From contig JAZDHZ010000036.1 of NCBI GenBank assembly GCA_043805415.1, forward strand, positions 4,194 through 68,193: DNA of 64,000 nucleotides, given 5' to 3'. The position numbers and the translations under genes are program-made. Source of the stretch: Candidatus Omnitrophota bacterium (lineage in GTDB: Bacteria; Omnitrophota; Gorgyraeia; B26-G9). Of the stretch, positions 1-8,871 are shown in pieces (positions within the stretch are counted from its first letter, which is position 1; each line of letters starts with the position of its first letter). The notes below the pieces were generated by a model, which worked only from the letters and a program-made list of their open reading frames with translations, was not told the DNA's origin and did not search any database.

Positions 1-3000
1 TGCCAACCTGATAAACCTGAACTCTGCAGGCAGTGCCAACCATACCCGGAACATCGGGAATAGTCCATAAATACCCTGTACCTGATCCTGGATTAGCGTC
101 TGAAGCCACACCATCAGCAATAAAACCATTATAGTTAGCTCCGCCATCAGTGCTATATCTTATATTTACCATACCAAACGTCGTTGGATCAGCAGTCCAT
201 TTAATGTAAACAACATTTCCGATATTAAACACCAGCCCAGATGCATTGGGATAAACCAAGTCAAGATTTGCCTCAACCGAGAATGTATCACTTTGCCCAG
301 CGGTTCCGGTAAGCAGATTTTCATCTCCGTCTAAAGCAACTTTAATTTTATTATTTGTCCCCATATCTGCTGCTAGCGGACTCCAAGAATACGAAGCAGG
401 GGTAACCGGAACTGTATTAATAAGAGTCAGATAAGATGTCCCGCCATTCTTTGATAAACGGATATTCACATTCCCGGTCATACTGCCGGATACATTCCAT
501 TGAATATTTTTCGTGTCGCCGAGATTAATTATCTCAGACGCATGCGGTTCAGAAACACCAATTGTCCCTTTTATACTAAATGGTCCTACTTCATCATAAA
601 CATTTTCATTGTCTTTATTACATACTCTTAAATATACATTGTTTGTACCAATATTGTCTGGAATAAACCAGGAAAAAATCTGCTCAACCTCAGGAGTTCC
701 CGCAGGCAATAAATCAGCAGGCTCAGCCCCGTTTAAGTATTCAAAATCCCCGGCGCCTACTTTATATTTTATAACCACATAATCCATTGCTCCATGTATG
801 GTCCATTTTACGTCTTCAGTCTGTCCGACCCGCCATACTTCACTGCCTAAAGGACGATTAACATCCAAAGAAGACATAATAGTAAAGCTCGCGCTCTCGC
901 CAGACACAGTCGCGTCACTTGTGCTTACTACTTTAAGTTTAGACAATGGAGCGGAAAGATATGTACTATTGGGAATTGTCCAGTCATATGTTCCGCCTAA
1001 AGCATCTGTACCTGCCGCAACATCGCTGGCTATTGGCATGGATTCATAACTTAAACCGTCATTATATGAGTAATAAATATTCACTGTTCCGTCAGTAATC
1101 CCGGATCCGAAATGCCCTTTTTTCGTCCAGCTTATGGTTTTAGTTTCACCCAGCAGCCACATTTCCTCAGTGATCGGGCTTACTTCATAAATCTGTCCTT
1201 TTAAAGTAAAATTAGTGCTTGTGCTTTCTACTATAGTATCAGGCGTAGAAGGATCATAATTTAATAGGATTTTCAAACGATTAGTTGTAGTAATAAGATT
1301 ATTGCCATCCCAATCAGAAGGAATATCCCAGTTATAACTGCCATTGCCGCTAGCTCCCACGATTTGATTAGCAATAATCGCAGTGGGTAAAAAACTCGAG
1401 CCGTCAGTTGACAAAGTAATTGTTACTGTATTTGGGCTTAAATTTTGCAAATTACCAGTATAAGTCCAGGTAATCGCGTTTGTATCGCCGATTTTCCAAG
1501 TATTTGGCGGCTGATTAATCGTGATCGTTCCTTTAATAATTAAATCATTATTTGACACATCATAATTGCGCACAGTCATATCAGTATCAATAATCTGAAC
1601 TTTTAATTGTTCGCCGATAATATCAGTACCGCTTATTTCTGCCGGGATTGTCCAGGCATAGGTATCCAAAGTCCCGCGTATGCCGGAAATAATAGTCAGC
1701 GGATAATTATCCCCCCCGCTGTTCATGGAAAGTTTAAGATCAACCAAATGATGCCCAACATATCCCGCGTCCACGCATGATCCGCCGGTTTCCAAAGACG
1801 CGGCATGCACCCAGGTAATATCCTCTGTATCTCCCACTTGCCAAACTTCTCCGCCATTGGGAATTTTTAAAGTCAAAGGCGCGAATTCCACGGCAAACCA
1901 GTCAATATCATTGCGGACAACAGATTCTTCACGGGTAAAAGTCACAGTCGTACCATTAGTCTGCGCCACTCGATTTGAGCAATCATCCAGATAAGAGTTT
2001 GTTGTACTGGTTGTATTTGCGTCAACACTCGTAAACACAGCTGTCCGGGTTAAATCCGTAGCTAAACTTAAAGTTGCTGTTCCAGTAAGAGTTCCCCCAT
2101 TAAGCGTGGCTGTTCCTTTTTGCGCTAAGGAGCTTTCATCTGTCAATTCCACCAAATACCATTTAATGTCAACATAATCTGTTGTCCCGCCACTGTTTAA
2201 ACCGCGGACAAAGGTCAAAGTACTTGTATCAGTAATTGTTCCTCTTGGCAGCATTTGCGATTCAACACCATTAAGTCCCGCACCGCCGACAAAATTAAAT
2301 ACTAAAAATGACTTAGTAATATCAGTAATTGCCGGATTAACTGTGGCTGTTTGCGAATACTGATTATAGGCAATTGTATCCAATCCCTTTTTTATCACTG
2401 CGTCAGTCTCAAATTCCACAACCTGATAAGTAATATTAATTGTCCGGGTTATTCCCGCTTCCTGGGCACTGCGCAAGCGTGTCAGCTGGATTTGCGTATC
2501 AGAAATAAGATCAGCTTTTAAAAACAATACTTCTGTATCGCCTGAGGTGGTAATATAACCGCGGGTATAAACAAGCACAAAAGCATTCGCGCTGTTTACT
2601 GAAGAAGGCAGATTAACTGTTTTTACTTTTGTGTCTTTATCCATAGAGGAAAAACCGTGAATAACTTTTACTCCGTCATTAAATTCCACCACCTGAAAAC
2701 TCACATTAGCCGCGCAAGCCCCATAATCCCGCGACAAAGCAATATGCTCAGAATCTTCAAAATACGGAGTAAATAAATAGTTTCCGTCTCTGGTGCTCAC
2801 GCTTCCATCCGCCGAAGTATTGATCAGAATAATACTCTTGGCCGGATCAACCGCGTAAGCGAGAGTTGCTGTATCTACTATATCAATATTAGCATAGGGA
2901 ATCGTCCCTGACTGCACCCGATTGATCTGTACTGCCTGCGCTTGATTCGCCCAAAGCAATACGCCGGCAAACATGCCAGCCAATAGAAACAGCTTACCTG

Positions 3001-3028
3001 AGAAAACTCTTTTTCTAATACCCCACAT
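1..3028 (-). CDS. Giant secreted repeat protein, partial (runs off the left edge; at least 1009 aa)
   Basis: Not in the ORF track, consistent with no in-frame stop inside the window. ATG at 3028 with an AGGGAG RBS. Sec signal MWGIRKRVFSGKLFLLAGMFAGVLLWANQAQA. Four ~87-aa repeats ending (F/Y/W)xxVE(F/L), then Ig-like repeats such as PNGGEVWQVGDTEDITW and WRVGQTEDVKW. Frame still sensible at the edge (CRVQVYQVG). Confidence 0.9.
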   Translation of the reverse strand, partial: MWGIRKRVFSGKLFLLAGMFAGVLLWANQAQAVQINRVQSGTIPYANIDIVDTATLAYAVDPAKSIILINTSADGSVSTRDGNYLFTPYFEDSEHIALSRDYGACAANVSFQVVEFNDGVKVIHGFSSMDKDTKVKTVNLPSSVNSANAFVLVYTRGYITTSGDTEVLFLKADLISDTQIQLTRLRSAQEAGITRTINITYQVVEFETDAVIKKGLDTIAYNQYSQTATVNPAITDITKSFLVFNFVGGAGLNGVESQMLPRGTITDTSTLTFVRGLNSGGTTDYVDIKWYLVELTDESSLAQKGTATLNGGTLTGTATLSLATDLTRTAVFTSVDANTTSTTNSYLDDCSNRVAQTNGTTVTFTREESVVRNDIDWFAVEFAPLTLKIPNGGEVWQVGDTEDITWVHAASLETGGSCVDAGYVGHHLVDLKLSMNSGGDNYPLTIISGIRGTLDTYAWTIPAEISGTDIIGEQLKVQIIDTDMTVRNYDVSNNDLIIKGTITINQPPNTWKIGDTNAITWTYTGNLQNLSPNTVTITLSTDGSSFLPTAIIANQIVGASGNGSYNWDIPSDWDGNNLITTTNRLKILLNYDPSTPDTIVESTSTNFTLKGQIYEVSPITEEMWLLGETKTISWTKKGHFGSGITDGTVNIYYSYNDGLSYESMPIASDVAAGTDALGGTYDWTIPNSTYLSAPLSKLKVVSTSDATVSGESASFTIMSSLDVNRPLGSEVWRVGQTEDVKWTIHGAMDYVVIKYKVGAGDFEYLNGAEPADLLPAGTPEVEQIFSWFIPDNIGTNNVYLRVCNKDNENVYDEVGPFSIKGTIGVSEPHASEIINLGDTKNIQWNVSGSMTGNVNIRLSKNGGTSYLTLINTVPVTPASYSWSPLAADMGTNNKIKVALDGDENLLTGTAGQSDTFSVEANLDLVYPNASGLVFNIGNVVYIKWTADPTTFGMVNIRYSTDGGANYNGFIADGVASDANPGSGTGYLWTIPDVPGMVGTACRVQVYQVG

Positions 3029-3039
3029 ATCAATCTCCC

Positions 3040-3468
3040 TTAGTTCAGCACCCCAGGAGCTGATGTTTCATCTTCCAAAACATCAGTTTCCATTGGTAAT
3101 GGTGCTGCCGGTTTAATAAAAGTGATCACTTTTGCTTTGCGTAATAAAGTCGGTCCTTTTTCTGTTTCCTGAGTTATCTCATCATACTGGATGCTCACAG
3201 TATCACCGACATTAATTTGCTTAATATTTTGTTTGTGGATTATCTGCTCCATCTCGTCTAAAGGCAATAAAATTTCCTCGGCTGTTCCTTTTTCCGCGTC
3301 ACCCTTATACTCCACGGAAATCGAACCATAGCCAATACCGCTGACAATGCCCTGGATTTCCTTACTGGCGATGTCTTTTTTTCCGCCGACAGCTTCGTTC
3401 TCTGCCTGTAAAGGAGAAACACACACACAAACAACTGCTAATAAACCAACTAATAATAAATTTCTCAT
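3040..3468 (-). CDS. Exported hypothetical protein (small beta-rich, OB-fold-like)
   Basis: Track ORF 3040..3594. Likelier starts are 3468 (MRNLLLVG, AGGAG RBS, signal peptide ending LQA) or 3501, because the longer version runs through a REP hairpin. Confidence 0.75.
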   Translation of the reverse strand: MRNLLLVGLLAVVCVCVSPLQAENEAVGGKKDIASKEIQGIVSGIGYGSISVEYKGDAEKGTAEEILLPLDEMEQIIHKQNIKQINVGDTVSIQYDEITQETEKGPTLLRKAKVITFIKPAAPLPMETDVLEDETSAPGVLN

Positions 3469-3521
3469 TTTTTTCTCCTGGATTAAATTTTGTATTTTCA
3501 TTTTATTTTCTCCTGTTATTT

Positions 3522-3546
3522 CGGGCAGGACAAGTCCTGCCCCTAC
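3522..3546 (-). repeat. GTAG-family REP-like palindrome
   Basis: Minus strand reads GTAG-GGGCAGGAC-TT-GTCCTGCCC-G: a GTAG tetramer followed by a perfect 9-bp stem, 50 bp downstream of the RAYT-like gene. Confidence 0.7.
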
Positions 3547-3595
3547 ACCCGGCCTCGATATACTATTTTTTATAATTGATCTGGTCTTTTTCACA

Positions 3596-4753
3596 CTATC
3601 TCCTGCGATATTTCAAACTTTTAAACGAAAAATCCTGCGGCTGTTTTCCGTTTAGCTGCAGGCTAAGCATTCCCAGCATCTGGCCATTAACAACTTCCCC
3701 CCGCCATGAAGCGGTTCCCTCTGAAGATGTTTGAATTGTTTCCCAGATAAGTTTATTTCCTTCAATAACACTAGAATAATTAATATTGGGAAATTTAAGC
3801 TGGGAAAGATATCCGGAAATAAATTTTCCCCGGATAAAACTTATAATATCCGCCCGTGCCGGCGAACCGTCAATATTAAACAGTTGAATCTGCCATTCAG
3901 TATTATTAAGATCTTTTAAATCCTGCTCAATTACTGAAACAACTCCAGTATTTTGTTTATTTATATTTTTATTATAATTAAAATATAAATAAACTCCTGA
4001 GGCAGTTAGCGTAACCAGCAATAAAGCAGCTCCCACACTCATAAAATCGTTTTTTACTCCTGATTTTTTTTCTGCTGTTTCCAGCTGATCTATTTTTTTC
4101 CGCTGCATTTCTATCTCGTCTCTAACGCTATTGACAAAATCTCTTGAACCAATTACTCCCTTACGCTGCAGCTTTTTATAATGCTTTTTAAATTCATCAT
4201 CATCCTGCATCCGCTGCATAAACTCGCTGTAATTCTCTCCCACCAATCCATTAATAATGCTTTCTATCTCATTCTTGATATCCAGTCCTCTGTCTGAGGT
4301 TTGAGCATAATCAAGATACAAACCATAACTGCTGTTCTGATCAGTTTGTGCCTGTACTGATAAATTCAACCGCTTAGGATTAAGATGCATATAGGCTGTG
4401 AGATTCAACAGGATTTGCGGATCTTTTTCCACAACCGCTGCCTTGAATCTTTCCCGGAAAAGATGGCCTTTTCGATCATAGCAGCCATTGAAATATTTTG
4501 TATAAGAAGAAGTCAGATCATGCATCAGGGTGGAAACACTTGCTTTTTTATCAACCTCAATTAATAAATGCAAATGATTATACATTAAAGTATAAGCATA
4601 AAGTTTAACTCCGTATTGGTCTTTGTATTTTTTAAGCAATTCAAAATACATCCCGTAATCCCTCGCGTCTTTAAAAATCACCTGGTTTTGCAACCCATTA
4701 CAAGTAATATAATAAACTGAATTTTCAATATACACTCTTGGCAATCTTGGCAT
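3596..4753 (-). CDS. RAYT/Y1 (IS200-like) transposase domain fused to a TM helix and an extracytoplasmic domain
   Basis: N-terminus MPRLPR..VYYIT; HUH motif LMYNHLHLL; GHLFRERFKA; YMHLNP with the catalytic-position Tyr. Then hydrophobic VGAALLLVTLTASGVYLYF and a ~125-aa beta-rich tail. Confidence 0.85.
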   Translation of the reverse strand: MPRLPRVYIENSVYYITCNGLQNQVIFKDARDYGMYFELLKKYKDQYGVKLYAYTLMYNHLHLLIEVDKKASVSTLMHDLTSSYTKYFNGCYDRKGHLFRERFKAAVVEKDPQILLNLTAYMHLNPKRLNLSVQAQTDQNSSYGLYLDYAQTSDRGLDIKNEIESIINGLVGENYSEFMQRMQDDDEFKKHYKKLQRKGVIGSRDFVNSVRDEIEMQRKKIDQLETAEKKSGVKNDFMSVGAALLLVTLTASGVYLYFNYNKNINKQNTGVVSVIEQDLKDLNNTEWQIQLFNIDGSPARADIISFIRGKFISGYLSQLKFPNINYSSVIEGNKLIWETIQTSSEGTASWRGEVVNGQMLGMLSLQLNGKQPQDFSFKSLKYRRR

Positions 4754-4781
4754 TACTCACTCCGTTTTTATTCCGCTCTTC

Positions 4782-4836
4782 CCTGATTATGCCTGGCACT
4801 TTTTAGGGTTTTACCTGATTATACCTGACACTTTTT
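4782..4836. repeat. Two 23-bp direct repeats upstream of the RAYT-like gene
   Basis: CCTGATTATGCCTGGCACTTTTT (4782-4804) and CCTGATTATACCTGACACTTTTT (4814-4836), 21/23 identical. Confidence 0.85.
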
Positions 4837-4845
4837 AATATTCTC

Positions 4846-4876
4846 AAAAAAAAACCTCAGACAACTCGTCTGAGGT
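4846..4876 (-). terminator. Intrinsic terminator (riboswitch expression platform)
   Basis: Minus strand ACCTCAGAC-GAGTT-GTCTGAGGT followed by a run of 8 further T, between the aptamer and the first gene. Confidence 0.85.
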
Positions 4877-4894
4877 AACAGTAACATTATACAG

Positions 4895-5025
4895 GGCAGC
4901 CTGCCAATCCGCATAAAATCACGGACGCATCAGCTTTGCCACATACCCATAAATACCCAAGGTATGCGATTCCGTAAGATCCAAATAATACAGAATGCCC
5001 TCGCGTTACCACGAGTTTGCCTTTT
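4895..5025 (-). ncRNA. c-di-GMP-I (GEMM)-like riboswitch with a 57-nt internal insertion
   Basis: Minus strand AAAGGCAAA-CTCGTG-GTAA-CGCGAG-GGC-[57 nt]-GCAAAGC...GGCTGCC matches the GGCAAAC..GNRA..GCAAAGC..GYTRCC signature. It sits between a promoter and a terminator. Confidence 0.6.
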
Positions 5026-5037
5026 TCTACTAATATA

Positions 5038-5066
5038 AGTATACCACGCATTAAAGAATAAGTCAA
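5038..5066 (-). promoter_or_regulatory. Sigma70 promoter for the riboswitch leader
   Basis: TTGACT-17 nt-TATACT with extended TG. Confidence 0.75.
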
Positions 5067-5114
5067 TGCTTTGTAAAAGTTTTTAATAGAACATGCTTTC
5101 AAATATAACTCCTT

Positions 5115-5306
5115 TTATTTGTTTGACTTATCAAGTAAAAGCAATGCTATGGCAGTAAGCAAGCAGGTATCAGTAAACCGCATAAAAGCACTTGCCTCTA
5201 AGCCATACTCTGTTGCAGGAAAAGGCATGACTAAAATACGGGAAACCATGCCCACAACAAAACTAATTCCTGCGATTCCTATCACTAAACCTGCTATTTT
5301 TTTCAT
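5115..5306 (-). CDS. Small two-TM membrane protein
   Basis: 63 aa, two hydrophobic segments, GGAG RBS upstream. Confidence 0.75.
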   Translation of the reverse strand: MKKIAGLVIGIAGISFVVGMVSRILVMPFPATEYGLEASAFMRFTDTCLLTAIALLLLDKSNK

Positions 5307-5376
5307 TTTTTCTCCCTTTCTACGCGTATTTATAATTCAAGCAAAGATAAAAAGATTAACTATTATCTAACTTAGA

Positions 5377-6408
5377 TTACTCCAAATCTTTATGGTGTTT
5401 TTTCCCTAATACAATCAATACACCAATAACCCCAAAAATTATTGATGATTGCATTATGGTCATCACTCCCTCAATTGCTGAGTCATTACTGACCATTATA
5501 GCGCTTAATCCCAGGGAAAATGTTATATAGTATATAAATAAAACCGCTCCTTTTTGGCTTAATCCTAAATCAACCAGATAATGATGAAAATGATCTTTTC
5601 CTCCATATTTCAGCCATTCAATAATGTTTTTAATCTTTTGCTCTTTTATCCGCATCACAGTGGTAAATATCATATCAAATATCGGAACTCCCAGGATTAA
5701 AATCGGAATAGATAATCTAACCAGATTATCCCCTGCCCAATCGCCTTGTATCGCGATACAAGCAAGGCAAAACCCGATAAATGTACTGCCAGCATCACCC
5801 AAGAACATTCTTTTCTTTCTTAAAAAATTATATGGTAAAAACCCCAGACAAGAGCCGATAATAATCGCGATTGCTAATCCTAAGGCATATTGATTAGTAT
5901 TATAAAGAATCACAAAAAAACAAAGAAAATTCAGTATTGCTGATCCAGTGGCTAAACCATCTAAACCATCCAGATAATTATAAGCATTAGTTACGCCGAC
6001 AATCCAAATCACGGTAACCAATATTTCCCCGATATTTCCCCAGACATTATGCGGTAAGAAAGTTATCCGCACTCCGTTTAAAATAAGAATCAGCGCTAAA
6101 AGAATTTGAATAAATAACCTTAATCGCGCGGAAAGCCCTTTAATATCATCATATGTGCCCATATATAAGATAATTGTGGCGCAGATAAAAATTGGCGCCA
6201 GGGCACGAAAACTAGTGGCAAAAAAGAAAAATGAGCCAACTACCCCTAAATAAATCGCTAAACCGCCGAGTAATGGAGTGGGATTTGTATGTATTTTTTT
6301 CTGATTAGGAATATCAACTATTTTCATGGATAAGGCCATTTTTCGAAAAAAAGGCGTACTCAGATATGTGATTAAAAACGCGATAACAAAAGCGATGAAT
6401 GTCTGCAC
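5377..6408 (-). CDS. MraY/WecA-family undecaprenyl-phosphate sugar-1-phosphate transferase
   Basis: Motifs KIHTNPTPLLGG, YDDIK, NAYNYLDGLDGL, FLGDAGS, DHFHH; polytopic. Confidence 0.92.
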   Translation of the reverse strand: MQTFIAFVIAFLITYLSTPFFRKMALSMKIVDIPNQKKIHTNPTPLLGGLAIYLGVVGSFFFFATSFRALAPIFICATIILYMGTYDDIKGLSARLRLFIQILLALILILNGVRITFLPHNVWGNIGEILVTVIWIVGVTNAYNYLDGLDGLATGSAILNFLCFFVILYNTNQYALGLAIAIIIGSCLGFLPYNFLRKKRMFLGDAGSTFIGFCLACIAIQGDWAGDNLVRLSIPILILGVPIFDMIFTTVMRIKEQKIKNIIEWLKYGGKDHFHHYLVDLGLSQKGAVLFIYYITFSLGLSAIMVSNDSAIEGVMTIMQSSIIFGVIGVLIVLGKKHHKDLE

Positions 6409-6445
6409 AGGATCAATCCTTTAACATTTAATTTGGATGAACAAA

Positions 6446-7084
6446 CTATTCAATATCCTTTAAAACTCTTACCGCGGAAAACCCTTCCGCGTATTTAACT
6501 CTTGCCTGAAAACCCCGAAAATTTGCCATTGAAGTCGCGATCTCAAGAATAGACAGATCTTCCACTCTAGTCCTGTTCACTTGAGAAGCATGTAATTTAA
6601 GTAAATTTAGTTTTTGCTTAAAAACCTTGCCAATATCAACAAAAATTTCCGGATTAAAATTCTGGGTAGTTGGCACCTCGTAATAAAGCACTTCCTTTAT
6701 ATATCTTGTTGCCGACAAACATGCCTTTGCCAAGGCCCGATGATCTTGATGCACATCATCCAGATAATTGATCAGCACTACCTGGGGATTTACTTTCTGA
6801 ATTATTTGTTCAATTTTATCAATCAGCTCCCGCACATTCATTAAGCGAGTATCTTCAAAGTTGCCCCAAAAAACTTCTTTTGCCCCCATATTTTTTGCGG
6901 ATTCTTCCTGTTCCTGGCAACGCACTTTAGGCTCTCCGCCAACCTCTCCGCAGGTAAGCACTAATAAATAAACATTATGTCCGGCTTGGGCATATTTAAG
7001 CAAACTTCCTCCGCAGCCGATTTCAATATCATCAGGATGCGCTCCGATTCCTAAAACATTCATCTGCATACCCCCAATGGTCAA
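6446..7084 (-). CDS. PIG-L/LmbE family deacetylase
   Basis: GAHPDDIEIGCGG and HQDH motifs. The start may be a few codons downstream. Confidence 0.92.
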   Translation of the reverse strand: MTIGGMQMNVLGIGAHPDDIEIGCGGSLLKYAQAGHNVYLLVLTCGEVGGEPKVRCQEQEESAKNMGAKEVFWGNFEDTRLMNVRELIDKIEQIIQKVNPQVVLINYLDDVHQDHRALAKACLSATRYIKEVLYYEVPTTQNFNPEIFVDIGKVFKQKLNLLKLHASQVNRTRVEDLSILEIATSMANFRGFQARVKYAEGFSAVRVLKDIE

Positions 7085-7303
7085 TAGCTAATAGTTATGA
7101 ATTATGAGTTACAAGTTACGGGTTTTGAGTTTTTTAGAAATTAGTGCAATTAGTAATTTGTTTTCTGTTTTCTGTTTTCTGTTTTCTGTTTTCTGCTTTC
7201 TGCTTTCTGCTTTTTGTTTTTTCTATTAGCTATGAGCTATCAGCCATGAGCCAAGCGCTTTTTGCTTTTCCTAATCGCTAAACGCTAATCGCTATACGCT
7301 GTC
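7085..7303. repeat. Intergenic mosaic of short (mostly 7-bp) tandem repeats
   Basis: (TTTTCTG)x5 then (CTTTCTG)x2 at 7161-7209; GCTATGA/GCTATCA/GCCATGA; GCTAAAC/GCTAATC/GCTATAC; GTTATGA-type units. Confidence 0.9.
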
Positions 7304-7308
7304 TTCTA

Positions 7309-8124
7309 TTAGCTCTCAACATCAGAACTTACTTCATTTATCAGATTTTCATCAACAATTTTCGCGTTTTTCCCAAAACCAGCGAATAAAGCTAAGTCAC
7401 ATAAGTGATTAATCCTTCTGGGAATACCCCCGGTTTTTTTATAAATAAGGCTATCTGTACCTTGAGCGAAAATGATTTGGCTTGCCCCGGCGACATTTAA
7501 TCGATGGCTGATATAATCGTTTGTTTCCTGTTCACTTAAAGGCCCAAGATGAAATTTGACTCCAATCCGCTGGGAAAACTGTTTATTAGAATCAATCATT
7601 GCTTTTAATTCCGGCTGGCCCAAGATTAACAGTGTGAGCAGAAACTGATTCTCGATTTGAAAATTTAACAGCAGTCTTAATTCTTCCCAAACCTTTGAAT
7701 CAGTAATAACATGCGCCTCATCAATAACAATAACAGTTTTCTTTCCATCGCGCATATTATTTTCCAGGATTTCACCTAAACGCTCAAGAACAACATTCAC
7801 TAAAACATCCTGCTTGTTTTTAGGCAAATCCCGCGCTCCAAGGCTATAGGCAATATGCATAAGTAATTCGGAATAATTCAAAAAAGGATTGGCAATAAAA
7901 GCGGTTTTATAAATATCCCGGTCAAGTTCTTTAAACAGAGTCTGTCCAAGTAAAGTTTTTCCGCAACCAAAAACTCCGGTAAGCAGCCCTGCCCCTTTAC
8001 CTTCGCTGACAACATAAAGCAATCTGGATAAACCTTCCTCATGCTGCGGAGAATGATATAGAAATTTTGGATCAGGAGTATTTTCAAATGGTTTTACGGA
8101 TAAACCCCAATGCGATTCGTACAT
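7309..8124 (-). CDS. ExeA/GspA-like AAA ATPase (ATPase domain only)
   Basis: MYESHWGL..PFENTPDP, GVFGCGKT, VIDEAH, LGQPEL, GGIPRRIN. Confidence 0.92.
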   Translation of the reverse strand: MYESHWGLSVKPFENTPDPKFLYHSPQHEEGLSRLLYVVSEGKGAGLLTGVFGCGKTLLGQTLFKELDRDIYKTAFIANPFLNYSELLMHIAYSLGARDLPKNKQDVLVNVVLERLGEILENNMRDGKKTVIVIDEAHVITDSKVWEELRLLLNFQIENQFLLTLLILGQPELKAMIDSNKQFSQRIGVKFHLGPLSEQETNDYISHRLNVAGASQIIFAQGTDSLIYKKTGGIPRRINHLCDLALFAGFGKNAKIVDENLINEVSSDVES

Positions 8125-8144
8125 AACCTTCCTTGGTTTTAATG

Positions 8145-8846
8145 TTAAGACTTCCCGGCTCTTATAATATCCATACTTTTAGGGCCTTGATTAAACAAAA
8201 GATCAATTACTGACATATACGCAGAGAATTCATGTTTCTCTGATTCGAATTGCTGCAAATATTCAGGATGCGTAAAATTTTGATATTGCAATTTGATATT
8301 ATTTTTAGTAAATTCAGACTCTTCCAAATAATCTTTACCGCCGCGACCGGATAAATAAGTATCAGCGTCAAGCTTTTTACATATTTCTATAAGTCTTAAG
8401 GTACTGACATTCTCGGTTTTTAATTCTGATTCTAAATATATTTCAGTCTTAATCTTAAGCGCGTCTAATATAAATTTAATAATCTGAATATTTAGATCAA
8501 TTAATTTTTCCCATTTTTTCTCATAAACTGTTTTAAAAAAAGGAAAATAATCACTAAAATGCGGGGCAGAGGCATACCAAGTTTGCAGACTATGAATATG
8601 CTCTTTTTGCCAATCTATTTCATTGTCAATCTGCACTTCATTCAGCCTTTGCAGGCTGGCCCCTTTTGTCCTTACCGGTACTGTTAACCAAATAGAACCT
8701 GTTTTGGTGCGAATTTTGTTTCGATTTTGAAATTCTCTCTTTTTATATTGTACCGTATCCAAAAATACAAAGCAATCACTTTTATCAATCTTGTCAAAAT
8801 ATCCAAGCCAGGGTATATATTGGGGTTGATGCGCTGAAAGTATCAT
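8145..8846 (-). CDS. WbqC-like family protein
   Basis: HQPQYIPWLGYFDK, FQNRNKI, YLSGRGGKDYL, SVIDLLFNQGP. Confidence 0.92.
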   Translation of the reverse strand: MILSAHQPQYIPWLGYFDKIDKSDCFVFLDTVQYKKREFQNRNKIRTKTGSIWLTVPVRTKGASLQRLNEVQIDNEIDWQKEHIHSLQTWYASAPHFSDYFPFFKTVYEKKWEKLIDLNIQIIKFILDALKIKTEIYLESELKTENVSTLRLIEICKKLDADTYLSGRGGKDYLEESEFTKNNIKLQYQNFTHPEYLQQFESEKHEFSAYMSVIDLLFNQGPKSMDIIRAGKS

Positions 8847-8871
8847 TGTTTTTCCTTCTTTTACCTGTTTT

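Noticed and set aside
4887-5102. 71-aa ORF in the track
   Set aside because: It spans the promoter and riboswitch-like leader and has no recognisable protein features; the RNA structure explains the sequence better.
7085-7303. Possible CRISPR array in the repeat-rich spacers
   Set aside because: Units are 7-9 bp tandem repeats without unique spacers, and no cas genes are present.
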